Both the position numbers and the translations under genes were made by a program. This document shows, one piece after another, positions 1 through 14,647 of a stretch of 64,000 bases of DNA. Where the stretch lies: the NCBI GenBank assembly GCA_964016885.1, contig OZ024741.1, positions 169,694,001 to 169,758,000 of the forward strand, in the 5' to 3' direction. This DNA comes from Eledone cirrhosa (lineage: Eukaryota). A model generated the notes under the pieces. The model was not told the DNA's origin and did not search any database. It saw only the letters and a program-made list of their open reading frames with translations. Within the stretch, counting starts at the first letter, position 1; each line of letters begins with the position of its first letter.

Positions 1-315
1 GGATGTATTTAACCATTGTGATAGGTCAGTCTTAGTTCTAATTTGTAGAATTATTTTTCTTAAGATTTTTTTACTTGCAAGGCCAACTTCGGATTTAGCC
101 GGGTTAATCAATCTACAAGTAGGTCGATTAGTAAAGTCTAATTTATGGTCTTTAAGGGTAATATATGCTTTACGCTTAGCTAGGCTTTCAATCCGGTTGT
201 CTATTTTTAAAGAACTAGCTAGTTCTTCAGCTTCTTTATTAATAGTATTGTAGGTATTATTATTAGTTAATTGATATTTGTTGGTGATACTATTAGTTAA
301 AAGTTGGTTATACAA
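1..315 (-). mobile_element. Penelope-like element RT N-terminal fragment (Naiad-type), open frame running off the window start
   Basis: Manual translation of 315->1 gives 105 codons with no stop: [14 protein letters not shown]...AYITLKDHKLDFTNRPTCRLINPAKSEVGLASKKIL...SQWLNTS. I recall the TLKDHK..CRLINPAKSE.G..SK..QW.NT pattern from Naiad-like PLE RTs. The 5' side is truncated at a (TA)n tract. Confidence 0.75.
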
Positions 316-318
316 AAT

Positions 319-428
<110 letters not shown>

Positions 429-558
429 GGTATATATATATATATTATGTTATATATATATATATGTAGGTATATATATATGTATATATATTATATGTAA
501 ATTCATAATTGGAAGAAGCCACTAAGATAGATTCATAAGAAAATTAACTGTACTTTTT

Positions 559-619
<61 letters not shown>

Positions 620-1284
620 GGTGTATATATATATATATATATATATACATAAGCCTATTTATATGTATGCAGTGATGTCATGATGTCTAAATACATGTGT
701 GTATCTGTCTTTGTAAGCGTGTGTGTGTAAGTTGCACAAGAACTCCGCTAGCGAATCTGAAATTCATCTCATTAGGATATCGGAGATTCTGTAACGTTTC
801 TGTAAGACAATTCCACAGCGAAACACTCCCACGCTCGCAAACAGACACCCACGCTTATACATACTCGCTGATAAACTGATACACACTCACACATACACAC
901 ACATACACACACATACACTGTAACACACATATACACACACATACACAGTCACACACACATATATACTCACACACACACATAAATATATATATTACAATGT
1001 GGGTCTATGTACGTATATTTCTGTTGTACATTCAGTTAACCCCCTCCCTATCACATATGATCAACTAATCAGGTTATTGCAGGTGTCTTCAGCCAATAGT
1101 TTCTCTCATACGGAACACAATACGAACAATGCAACTTAAATTTTCACCTACTCTATCTATCGATTCTATCATACATCTTAATTTCATTCTATGTACAAGA
1201 CACTACGAGGTTCTTCAACCTGCTAGAAATAGCAGGTAAAAATTCTCTGAAGACGCACTTTAACATACGAAATAATTATTTTTA

Positions 1285-1666
1285 ATTGTGGCACAAGGGC
1301 AGCAATTTAGGGAAAAATCAATTATATCGACCCCAGCAATTAACGGGTACATTATTTTATCGACTCCATATTTTGCAGCATAGAGTTACGTCCCTTTACG
1401 GTCCGAGTTCAAATCCCGCCGAGGTTAACTTTGCCTTTCATTCTTACGGGGTCGATAAAATAAAGCACCAGTAACGTACTGGGTCGATTTAATCGACTTT
1501 CCCCTCTCCCCCCAAAAAATTACTGGCCTTGTAGAAATCATTATTTTATCGTCGACTCCAGAAGGACGAAAGGCAAAGTTGACCACGGTGAGATTTGAAC
1601 TCAGTACATAGAAAGTCGTAACTAAATAAAAGTATGTCGTCCGACATTGATTCCGCCAATGCACCG
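1285..1666 (-). mobile_element. Old tRNA-derived SINE (Meta-domain-like), interrupted by a younger copy
   Basis: The reverse-complement SINE 3' part (GGCACAAG..AGCAAT..TTATTTTATCGAC) lies at 1285-1368 and continues (AAAGGCAAAGTTGAC..GATTTGAACTCAG..GCCAAT) at 1541-1666. Confidence 0.75.
1369..1540 (+). mobile_element. 5'-truncated SINE nested in the older SINE
   Basis: Contains the B-box GAGTTCAAATCC and the central domain CTTTGCCTTTCAT..GGGGTCGATAAAATAAAG. Flanked by CATTATTTTATCGACTCCA and CATTATTTTATCGTCGACTCCA. Confidence 0.8.
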
Positions 1667-1938
1667 TGCGAAATTACGGAAGTTACATTAGACAATGTAG
1701 TTTCTGATATCTATAAAGACAGTAGGTCACAAGTGGAACGCATATATTCTTAGCTCTGTTCGACTGAGATATATGAAGAGCTAAGTAAAAACGAAGACAA
1801 GCTCTGTGTACCTGAAATATTTCGTAATCTTTTGAGAACAATTGGTAATACATAACCAAAATAGATTACCACTCTCCAAGAAAACATCGGCAGACTACGG
1901 AAAAATATTGGATAATTGGATATTATTATTAAATGCAA

Positions 1939-2124
1939 GGGTGGTGGATTGGCAGTATCGGTAGATGGTTCAACGCCATGCTTTCCAGCATAGTTACGTC
2001 CGTTTACGAACTGAGTTTAAATCTCGCCGAGGTTAACTTTGCTTTTCGTCCTTACGTGGTCGATAAAATAAAGTACCAGTAATGTCCTGGGATAATTGCT
2101 GGGCTTGTGCCAAAAGTAGAAACA
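1939..2124 (+). mobile_element. Full-length tRNA-derived SINE with 14-bp TSD
   Basis: A-box-like TGGCAGTATCGG, B-box-like GAGTTTAAATCT, central domain and CTTGTGCCAAAAGTAGAAACA tail. TSD ATTATTAAATGCAA at 1925-1938 and 2125-2138. Confidence 0.9.
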
Positions 2125-2339
2125 ATTATTAAATGCAAAATGAATAATGAATTCACGAACCGTTAGTTACAACTTTATAAAAGACTATTCAAATTCTACA
2201 AGAACTACCGGCAAGACGCGCTTTCAGGTAAATTAATTCGTTCGTTAACACTTGCATTTCTGTATACCAGCAGAAGATTTAGAGTAGTTTGTGGAGCGTA
2301 ATTGTTATTAATGAAGGCATATTCGATTCATTAATAATG

Positions 2340-2720
2340 ATTTTTATGTTTGACACAAAGCCAGCAATTTGAAGGGAAGGGGAAAGTCAATTAAATAGAA
2401 CCCGTGCGTTACCGGTACTTTATTTTATCGACTGCGTAGAGATGAAAGACAAAACTAACCTTGGCGACATATGAACTCAGAACGTAAAGGGCCATAACTA
2501 TATGCCGCAAAGTATGTTATCCAGCGCCCTTTTTGATTCATTAATAATTGTTTCTACTTTTGGCACAAGGCCAGCAATTATCCCCGTGCATTACTGGTGC
2601 TTTATTTTATCGACCCCCGTTAGGATGAAAGGCAAAGTTAACCTGGGCAGGATTCGAACTAAAACCGTAAAGGGCCGTAACTCTATGCTGCAAAGCATGG
2701 TGTCCGACCCTATACCAATA
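2340..2720 (-). mobile_element. Two adjacent SINE copies (about 2340-2545 and 2546-2720)
   Basis: Both show ACAAA/ACAAGGCCAGCAAT...TTATTTTATCGAC...GATGAAAG.CAAA...GAACT. Confidence 0.8.
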
Positions 2721-3182
2721 AGTCTCCTTTGAGTTCCAATTCTGGCAACATTAGGTTGCAGTCTTTGTTGTCGCAGCTCATCTGTTTCAACTGTCGCAGA
2801 CCACAAGTGTGTTTAGGGGTTGCGACCGTTGGACATGGTGTGGCAATATTGCTGGAAATATTTTTAATAAAAATGCCATTTTATGTTACATTAAAATGTG
2901 TATTTAGATTGAAATGCAATTGCAACAAATGGTTTTTAAATATGAACACTGAATGTCTAATTTGAGTTCCATAGAATATATTGAAGTATAAGCAATAGGT
3001 AGACGGCACTGGAAAATGAATGTTGAACAAATAGGAGATAGAGTGAATGGTGGAGCTAGAATGTGATAACGGATACACAAAGATTGAAAGAGGGAGGAAG
3101 AGGCAGTTGAGTAAAGTTGAGGTGCTAATAGTAAGAGGCAGAGATGGACAGTAAGGGAAATTAAAATGATTGATGCAGATTT

Positions 3183-3430
3183 TACGGGCAAAACCAACCG
3201 ACAGGGTAGACCCTGATCAAGATGGTTGGATAAAATCCATGGGCTTGACTGGTCTCTCTTTGGGATCCAGCGGGATCAGTAAGAGACGCTTGCTTCTGGC
3301 AGGACCCGCTGGAATGAGTGTTTGAGGACTCTGACCCGACGACCCTCTCATGAATAAGTGGGCGAAGAAGAAGAAGAAGAAGAAGAAGAAGAAGAAGAAG
3401 AAGAAGAAGAAGAAGAAGAAAAAGAAGAAG
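3183..3430 (+). mobile_element. 3' end of a 5'-truncated LINE (RTE-like) with (GAA)n tail
   Basis: Translates as GKTNRQGRP*SRWLDKI, the GRPxxRWxD C-terminal motif of APE-type LINEs, followed by a short 3' UTR and (GAA)n. Confidence 0.6.
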
Positions 3431-3797
3431 ACACAAGATACTAAAACTAAGTGGCAATGACAATGAAGTAGAGGACGTTGTAGTTGTGGCACGACATTTC
3501 TGTAGCAATAGTGTTGCTTCTCGTTCTTTCGGGGCCGATAAAATAAGAACCAGCCAAATACTGCTCCATATAATTGACTGTTCCTTCTTTTCCAAGGATC
3601 TGATCTTGAGTGTATGTAAGAAATTATTATTGATCAAAACATCATTAATTAAAACACAATTCTAAGTCAGAGGCCTGGAAGAAATGTGATTTTAAATAGA
3701 AATGCAAATGAGGTAGAGTGGCAACCGTAATCAATTCGACTTGTGTTGCTGCTCGGCAATACAACATCGATTAATTTCGAAAACACTATAATATATA

Positions 3798-4593
3798 CAG
3801 GGTGTCCATAAAGTCTCTTTACAATTTGAAAAATATATTACATAGGCAATTGATGAGATATCTTAATCAGATTTGTTGTATGTTCTCAGTAGTTATCAAA
3901 GTTTTTAATCAAACTGCATTTGTGCATTTCTGGTATTCTGTTGATGAAAGAGGTACTGTTAAATGAACCCCTAAAAATGGTTACCTCTCCAGAAAAGGCA
4001 CAATGTGTGTCATGGTTTATTGAAAAAAAATCGGATACGCAGACTCAGCGAAACTACAGAACTACGTATGGAAGGGATCCACCGTGTGGTGTGGGATTAT
4101 GTGCAATCGAATCATTGGTCCATTATTCATCAACAAGACATCAATTACTGCAAATGTTTACCTTGACCTTTTGACTGAATATGTGGCACCACAACTAGAT
4201 GACCTTCAACAAATAATCATTTTCCAGCAAGATGCTGAACCACCGCATTGGGGACTGCATGTTCGCGGGTTCCTAAATCAAATATTTCCAGACTGGTGGA
4301 TTGGATGGGATGGCCCAATTCCCTGACCACCTAGTTCACCAGATATCACTCCTCTGGACTTCTTTATGTCAAAGATATCGTGTATCGAACAAAGATACGG
4401 GACACCACTGATCTAAAGCAAAAGATGACGAATGCCATTGCCTCCATTGATGAGGCTATGCTACAGCAAACATGGCAACAAATCGAGTACCGTCTTTATG
4501 CAACCAATGGTGCCCATATAGAGGTGTATTAAATTAGTTAAAAAACTTCAATATCTACTCCTCATTTTGTAACAATTTTCACATATTTGCCTG
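3798..4593 (+). mobile_element. Internally deleted Tc1/mariner-superfamily (maT-like) transposon fossil
   Basis: Ends are TA|CAGGGTGTCC and CCTG|TA. The N-terminal HTH (EKAQCVSWFIE..TQRNYRTTYGRDPP) is fused directly to the catalytic region (WCGI..IIGP..FQQD..PPH..WIG..GPIP*PPSSPDITPLDF) and the C-terminus (NGAHIEVY*). The deletion junction is at about 4084. Confidence 0.9.
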
Positions 4594-4711
<118 letters not shown>

Positions 4712-4995
4712 GTGTGTTCGTCCAGCAACACACTACCAGCCGCTTATTCCTGTCCTTGAGGAAAGTCTTTACCCAACGTTGCCATTTACGATATTTTACT
4801 GTTTTGGTAGTTTTCCTTTGCGTTGACTTTCAAATTATATATATATATATTTCAAATTATATATATATATATTGTGTTTTGCTTATTTCTACCCGCCGAA
4901 ATGCGATTCTCGCTGAATTTATATTTATATATGAGTTTTAAATTATTCTATAAATTTCTAATGCACTTGCGCTTCAACTCAATTTCCGAGACAAT

Positions 4996-5027
<32 letters not shown>

Positions 5028-5236
5028 ACTAGAAATCAGTTAAATCGAATCTCTGGCGGTTTGCAAGTAAATTCGGCCTACTTATATGAAATGATGAGTT
5101 AGCAAAGCACTCGATAGAGTAATAACATACGTTTAAATAGCTTGACAAATCGAACATTAGGTAGGCGAAACTAACACACAATATATACCAAAGTAACGAT
5201 AGAACTAATCAGGTTGAGAAAAGTACACCTGGACAA

Positions 5237-5362
<126 letters not shown>

Positions 5363-5428
5363 GAATTCACATGAATCAAAGTTCTGTTCAAACCATTTAT
5401 TAGCTTACAATTGTTTCATCCTTAATAC

Positions 5429-5559
<131 letters not shown>

Positions 5560-6411
5560 GTGTGTGTGTGTGTGTGTGTGCCTATATGATGTTTGACAAT
5601 GAAAGAATAAAACAAGGTGCAGTAGTTAATTAATCCATAGTTTATATATGGCGGGTTTCATCGGAATTTCCGCTTAATAAATTCAACTCGTAACACATTG
5701 GCTTTAGTATCGAAACCGTATCCTTCTGTGCGCGAAGCGAGATTTCTTAACAATAAACGCAACACTGTCTTCGTCTATGTTTAACTTCTAAAGCAAATAT
5801 ATATTTTTTAAAAACAAATAACGAAACGAAATTAAATTTCGTTTCGTTTGTAACTCACTTTTGTATGACTGACGCTTAAACAATTAAGTTAAAAATGTAC
5901 ATCTACATATGCATACTGAAATACTAGTGTGTATATGAATACACACACGTATACATATGTAGGTGTACCAAGTCTTTCACTGGTCGCTTTACAGTGAGCG
6001 GCCCAGCTATTCTGTATGTAAACACACAGACAAACCGGTTTTTAGAGTCATACTGGTACACCTACATATGTATACGTGTGTGTATTCATATACACACTAG
6101 TATTTCAGTATGCATATGTAGATGTACATTTTTAACTTATATATTTTTTGATTTCTTTCAAATAGTTCATTATGTTTTCCGAAGCCTTCACATCTCTCAA
6201 ATCGCTTAATCCTTTCTGTCATTTCAATAGTGAGGCTTCTTGTCTTAATCCTCTTTCTGTGACAAACTGTTTTCATTTTATTTTTGTTATATTTCCGAAA
6301 CATCACTAGTCGTTTCCATATTTCTAAAATGTTAGTTTTCTTTATCTCTAATTGTACTCAGATGATAGAAGTCATTCATTTCTCCGTCTCTGTCTCTCTT
6401 TCACTTTCACT

Positions 6412-7682
<1,271 letters not shown>

Positions 7683-7810
7683 AGCGCATATTTATCCTTC
7701 TTACGAGGTTGTTTCAGGTTTGCGTGGGTGTACGATTCATGTCTATGTTTGAGTCTTTAAAATATTCTGACAGAAAACTTTGTTGTGTGGCAGAACAACG
7801 TTGAGTGATA

Positions 7811-7811
<1 letters not shown>

Positions 7812-7878
<67 letters not shown>

Positions 7879-7886
7879 CACTACTA

Positions 7887-7983
<97 letters not shown>

Positions 7984-7990
7984 CACTACC

Positions 7991-8022
<32 letters not shown>

Positions 8023-8029
8023 CACCAGC

Positions 8030-8120
<91 letters not shown>

Positions 8121-8334
8121 TACCACCACCACCGCCATCATCACGACGACGACCACCGCCTCCGCCGCCGCCGCCGCCACCACCACCACCACCACCACCA
8201 CCACCACCACCACCACCACCACCACCACCATCATCACGACTACGACGACGACGACGACGACGACGACCACCACCACCACCACCACCACCACCACCACCAT
8301 CACCATCACGACGACGACGACGACGACGACGACC

Positions 8335-8432
<98 letters not shown>
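7812..8432. repeat. Compound (CTA)/(CCA)/(CGA)/(CCG) trinucleotide repeat
   Basis: Seen directly in the sequence. Confidence 0.95.
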
Positions 8433-8607
8433 AAATTTGTTAATCGAACTAGTTGCCAAGAAGGTGTTATTCATGCAAGTTTATCTATCCAGTTTACAGA
8501 AGCCACAATAAATAATGAGGTTTTAAGCATTGTCCATGTTGAAAGTTAAAGAGATTTCAACTGAAACTAGTTCGCTTGATTCCTCTTTTTCTGTCTACGA
8601 TGAAGTA

Positions 8608-9645
8608 TATTATTATGTAATAAATTCCTGAAAACTGTAGAGTGCTCAACTAATCGGGCTGGAAAGTGCCAATCGTATATGTAATATAGAATATGCTTCA
8701 ATCAATCCCGGTTGGAGCTGTATAAATGAAGTAATTCCGTCGGAAAAGTCCAGGAAAAAAGAGTGCTCTATGTAGGTAACAGAGCTTAATTATTATTATG
8801 TAATAAATTCCTGAAAACTGTAGAGTGCTCAACTAATCGGGCTGGAAAGTGCCAATCGTATATGTAATATAGAATATGCTTCAATCAATCCCGGTTGGAG
8901 CTGTATAAATGAAGTAATTCCGTCGGAAAAGTCCAGGAAAAAAGAGTGCTCTATGTAGGTAACAGAGCTTAATTATTATTATGTAATAAATTCCTGAAAA
9001 CTGTAGAGTGCTCAACTAATCGGGCTGGAAAGTGCCAATCGTATATGTAATATAGAATATGCTTCAATCAATCCCGGTTGGAGCTGTATAAATGAAGTAA
9101 TTCCGTCGGAAAAGTCCAGGAAAAAAGAGTGCTCTATGTAGGTAACAGAGCTTAATTATTATTATGTAATAAATTCCTGAAAACTGTAGAGTGCTCAACT
9201 AATCGGGCTGGAAAGTGCCAATCGTATATGTAATATAGAATATGCTTCAATCAATCCCGGTTGGAGCTGTATAAATGAAGTAATTCCGTCGGAAAAGTCC
9301 AGGAAAAAAGAGTGCTCTATGTAGGTAACAGAGCTTAATTATTATTATGTAATAAATTCCTGAAAACTGTAGAGTGCTCAACTAATCGGGCTGGAAAGTG
9401 CCAATCGTATATGTAATATAGAATATGCTTCAATCAATCCCGGTTGGAGCTGTATAAATGAAGTAATTCCGTCGGAAAAGTCCAGGAAAAAAGAGTGCTC
9501 TATGTAGGTAACAGAGCTTAATTATTATTATGTAATAAATTCCTGAAAACTGTAGAGTGCTCAACTAATCGGGCTGGAAAGTGCCAATCGTATATGTAAT
9601 ATAGAATATGCTTCAATCAATCCCGGTTGGAGCTGTATAAATGAA
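8608..9645. repeat. 183-bp tandem repeat, about 5.7 copies that appear identical
   Basis: TAAATTCCTGAAAACTG recurs at 8621, 8804, 8987 and onward. Confidence 0.95.
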
Positions 9646-10051
9646 TATACAGATAAGGTATTTACATTTATTTATACATACTTGTTTAAAACCTTTTGAT
9701 ATATTCTGTAGTTCATTATAGTTATGAAACATGACACTGTTGCTGCACTAATGAATTACTGTGAATTCATTGTCCAATATATTCTTTCATTTTCAACATG
9801 TTAGTGTGTCATTTCTGATAGATTTCGTTGCTATTTCTTGCAAGTCGAGAGACTATGTAGACGTTCCTACGTTTGAATGGAGGTATTGTGTTTATTGCCG
9901 GTATTGATTAGCCCTAGTATGTATTGTATGTATGGCCCCGTAACTCCTGATAGAGCCGTAGAAGCGGCGTATTGATATACGGCGTCTCTTAGGCATTTTA
10001 AGCCTGGCAGAGCCCATCTCTCTCCAGGCCTGGGTACAGCAGATTTCTTCC

Positions 10052-10120
<69 letters not shown>

Positions 10121-10139
10121 AAATGAGAAAGAGATATAG

Positions 10140-10305
10140 AGGAAGAATCGACACCAGTACTAGACTGGTACTTTTTTTATCGACCACGAAAGGATTAAAG
10201 GCAAAGTTGACCTCGGCGGGATTTGAACTCAGGTATCAGAGAGCCGGAACAAATACCATGAAGCATTCTATCCGACGGCCTAACGACTCTGCCAATTCAC
10301 GGCCT
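10140..10305 (-). mobile_element. SINE copy
   Basis: TGGTAC..TTTATCGAC..AAAGGCAAAGTTGACCTCGGCGGGATTTGAACTCAG..CTGCCAATTCAC. Confidence 0.8.
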
Positions 10306-10499
10306 ATATATCTATGATCAAAGTCATTTCCGTGTGACCGTCCCATTTTGCTTATTAAGTCATAGTTTGCCTGAGAGTACATTATCCAATGTTTTTCCTT
10401 TTACAAGCAGCAGAGTGTGAGTAGATAAAGATTTGGTTACTATTTCTTGCATGTTGTGATAGTGCATATAAACTCCCACGTCGGAATGGAGCTAGCATG

Positions 10500-11650
10500 T
10501 TAATTGTTTTTGTTGTTCAGCCCCAAGACAGCCCTGATAGAGCAAACACATAATCAAAACCCTCCTTGTAATGATCATCCCACCTTTTATGTAGATATTT
10601 GGAATGACATTATTCAATATGGCTTTCCCCTTTTCAAAAATATAAGATGTCTAAAATCTAAAAAGCTAAAAATCAAGGGAGATTACTCCAGTAATGTCAT
10701 CTAATCGAAATGTTTGGAAAATGAAAACGATCTGATACAACAGAACACACTCATAAAGATTTGTCAACTAATGACAAAGATCATTTTAATTCATCCAAGG
10801 TTTTTTATAGATATGGTTATGAGCCAGTGTATTTCGAGTCTCACATTCAGATATTCCCAGCAACTTTATTGGTTCGCAATTATAATCCTATTGTACATTC
10901 TCTCTCTTTCTTCATCTCTTCTATTGTTCCAAGGTAATCGAAATTTTTCAATTAACTGTATGACATATAAAGACAGCGAATTGACAGAGTCGTTAGAAAG
11001 TGGGATAGAATGCTTTGCGTTATGTTCTCCGGCTCTCTGCATTCTGAGTTCAAAACCTACTGGGGTAAACTTTATCTTCCATTCTTTCGAGGTCGATAAA
11101 GTACTAATCTAGTACTTGGATTGGTTCTTCTATATTTCTTTCTCATTTCCTCTATATTACTCTCTCCTTTCTTCTATTGATGAAATCGGCTTTTTTCAGA
11201 TCTGGAAAATGCTCTACAAGATCCCTACGTCTCCCCAAGGAGTTACAGGTCTATACATACATAAGACACATGTGAGATTCTATTGTTTGTGTATTCTATA
11301 TGTAGAACACTATGTTGAGGTATTTTCTCTCAGTCATATTGTTGATATCGTGTATGTAGTGTAGAGAATATCAATGGCAAGACACCTTCTATTTGCAAAT
11401 AATAAACGCATCAAAAATACTATTCATGTTGTTTAGTTCCATGTCGGCTTTAATAAAGCTTACCTACGATCAAAGATGTCACAGTCGTAGCCATCCCTCA
11501 CGTCTTTATATATATATATTCAAGAAAAATGCATCGAGGAGTACATATCCAATGTATTATTTTTTGCCCTCTTTTAGGGCAAAAAGTATAATTTTAGGAA
11601 GATTTGTCGGCTATTTCTAATAGGTTTAGTGACAAAGTCGAGGTCTCACA
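10500..11650. mobile_element. Degraded copies of a second dispersed repeat family (10500-10650, 11425-11650; related pieces at about 1200-1260, 9790-9870, 10310-10490 and 39520-39600) plus a SINE at 10970-11105
   Basis: Recurrent motifs TTGTT.AG.CC...GCCCTGAT..AGC...ATGATCAAA and GATTTGG.TGCTATTTCT.GCA.GT. Confidence 0.55.
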
Positions 11651-11957
11651 ACGATTGTTTAACTAAATATGGTATGCCGTTGTAGGAAGTTGAAAGTTAT
11701 GTAAATTAGACACAAATATATAGCAGCTTTATTGAGGAAATGCAGATTTCTGATATATCGTGTTTGCTATCCTATGGAATCGTATTGATCATTAGCGATA
11801 TAATGTTATGATACAATTATAGCGTTTCTTTCGCTGCAAGGTAAGATTCGATGCTGGTCTATCAAAGGTAATTTTTCACGCGTGACTAACTGAACCACAA
11901 ATCAACGAATCACTTCCCACAATCTCCTACTTTAATCTTTCATTATATCTCTTTATC

Positions 11958-12148
11958 TCGGCGGTGAATTGGCAGTATCGATAGAGGGTTGGACGCCATG
12001 CTTTGATGCATAGAGTTACGGGCCTTGCCATTCTGAGTTCAAATCCCGCCTAGGTTAACTTTGCCTTTCATCCTTACGGGGTGGATAAAATAAAGTAGCA
12101 GTAATGCACTGGAATAATTGCTGGCCTTGTGCCAAAAGTAGAAACAAT
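11958..12148 (+). mobile_element. Full-length SINE with TSD
   Basis: GGCGGTGAATTGGCAG...GTAGAAACA, flanked by ATTATATCTCTTTAT and ATTATAGCTCTTTAT. Confidence 0.9.
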
Positions 12149-12221
12149 TATAGCTCTTTATATCTCTATACGTGAATGTATGTATGCACACAGGCACGAA
12201 CACACAGTTGCACACACACAG

Positions 12222-12267
<46 letters not shown>

Positions 12268-12327
12268 GAGTGTGTGTTTGTGTGACATTTAGTCGTCCCG
12301 CTTTCTTACATCAAACTGAAACTCACA

Positions 12328-12401
<74 letters not shown>

Positions 12402-12534
12402 AGAAAGTGAGGTTTTTTTACAAAATGAAAAATAACCGAGGTGTCCTACACGAGTGAAAGTATAAGGAAAAAAGATGAAATCGAAAATGCAACTGGAGTC
12501 TTTTAAAAAAAAAATATATATATATTTATTTGGC

Positions 12535-12573
12535 TCCTTTACCGGTTTCGCAGTTCTTCTGCTTTTCAAAAGT
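12535..12573 (-). ncRNA. Degenerate minimal hammerhead ribozyme (Penelope pLTR-type)
   Basis: Minus strand reads CTT-TTGAAAA-GCAG(AAGAA)CTGC-GAA-ACCGGT-A-AAG. Stem II and the palindromic stem III are intact, but the core has two substitutions from CTGANGA. Confidence 0.5.
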
Positions 12574-12654
12574 AGAGTTGAGAGGTCTGTGGTTTTTCTC
12601 ACATCTGTATATATATATATATATATATATAATCTGTGGTTTTTCTCACATCTG

Positions 12655-12718
<64 letters not shown>

Positions 12719-13272
12719 ATATATATATATACATATATATGTACGCATACCATAGCCTCAAAACTAGTTTATTTTAAATCTTAAAATCCAACACCACTAT
12801 CACCTCTTTAAAAAACTGCAATCCCTCAATTAAAAAATAAATATATTCAAATATAAATGTAAACTAGACGCCCCACAAGGTTAGTTCCGTGAATAATAAT
12901 TAACCATTTGGCTATCAGGAAAGAATTTGCCGAGAGAAATATTAATCTTACAGACCTATTCAGTTAGTTGTGAATTATTTCTCACTAGCTCATATTTTTA
13001 CACTTATTTATTATTCTTAGTCTTGTTATTGTTGTACTAATTGTTTTGTTATTGCATTGTTATTTTGTTTCGTTTCACTTTCATTTTCAGTTAGAGTTTT
13101 TGTTTGTTTTAATTAAAAGAAAGTGTTTCTTCCTACTTCTTCATGAATATACAACAACACCGCGGGAGCTTTCCTCTTACTTCGCCATTGTTATTATTTA
13201 TATAATTCTTACTATTATTTTTTGCTCTCTCTCTACATATACACATGCATACAAATACACACACACATATAA

Positions 13273-13344
<72 letters not shown>

Positions 13345-13394
13345 ATGCATTATATATATGCATTGACGCAACCGCGTATATATGTATATGTATA

Positions 13395-13472
<78 letters not shown>

Positions 13473-13654
13473 AATATATATATATAAATATATATATATA
13501 TTTATATCGATCTGTGTGTCTGTGTGTTTGTGTGTGTGTGTGTTTGTTTGTTTGCGTGTGTATGTGTGTGTATTTGTGTGTGAATGTGTGTGTGTGTGTA
13601 TGTGTGTTTGCTTGTTTGTGTGTGTATGTATGTATGTATGTGTGTGTGTGTGTG

Positions 13655-13708
<54 letters not shown>

Positions 13709-14350
13709 TCTATGTGTTCAGGGTTTGTGTTCGTTTTTTTAGAAAGAGATTCGTCTTTTATAACTGAAAGAAAACACACGTATGCTAGTAACTTTTTTTT
13801 ATCTCGGGTGTTTCATATAATCTCAACTAGGAAAGACATAAAAAACAATCACAATCACAAAAGCAACAACAACGTCAACAACAACAAAATAATAATGATA
13901 ATAATGATAATAATTGTTTCTACTTTAGGCACAAGATAATAATGGTAATAATAATAATAATAAATAATAATAATAATCATTAAATATATGAATACATAAT
14001 GAAAATAACAAAGAAAAATACAAAGAAGTGAATTAATAAAAAGTAGAAAAAGAAAAAAAAACAAAGGAAAGAAAGAGGCGTTAAATGAAGTTGTCATTAT
14101 CAGATGTAAAATAGTAACAATGGTTTGATGTGAAGAGAGAGATTGGGGGGGGGGGGGGCGCAGGGATAAATAGATAGATAGAGATAGACAGTAAGAGAGA
14201 GGGAGAAGGAAATAAATAAAGAGAGAGCGGAGAGTGAGAAAAATAATATATATATATATATATATACGTATAACGTATATATACATATACATATATATAT
14301 ATACATATTTATATATACATATATATATATACATATATATATATATACAT

Positions 14351-14415
<65 letters not shown>

Positions 14416-14447
14416 CATATGCATATACATATATATATATATATATA

Positions 14448-14481
<34 letters not shown>

Positions 14482-14647
14482 AGAGAAAGAGAGAGAGAGA
14501 AGGAGAGAGAGGGAGAGATAGAGATAGAGAGAGAGATATAGAGAGAGGTTGGGTAAATAAAAAGATGGCCCGCTGGGGAGGAAATTCACCGAACAACGTG
14601 ACTGTCTAAAAGCGTAGGTGCCAACTTTTCTTTTCCCTTTGCTAAAA

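Noticed and set aside
8608-9645. The 183-bp unit (61 codons) as a duplicated coding exon
   Set aside because: The ORF track shows no ORF through the array, and I recognised no protein motif.
9930-10055. GC-rich segment as an exon
   Set aside because: Its minus-strand end GGAGTTACGGGGCCATACATAC resembles 11239-11262. It is more likely a retroelement 3' tail, but it is too short to classify.
14545-14640. Short GC-richer island as a host exon
   Set aside because: It has in-frame stops and no clear acceptor/donor pair.
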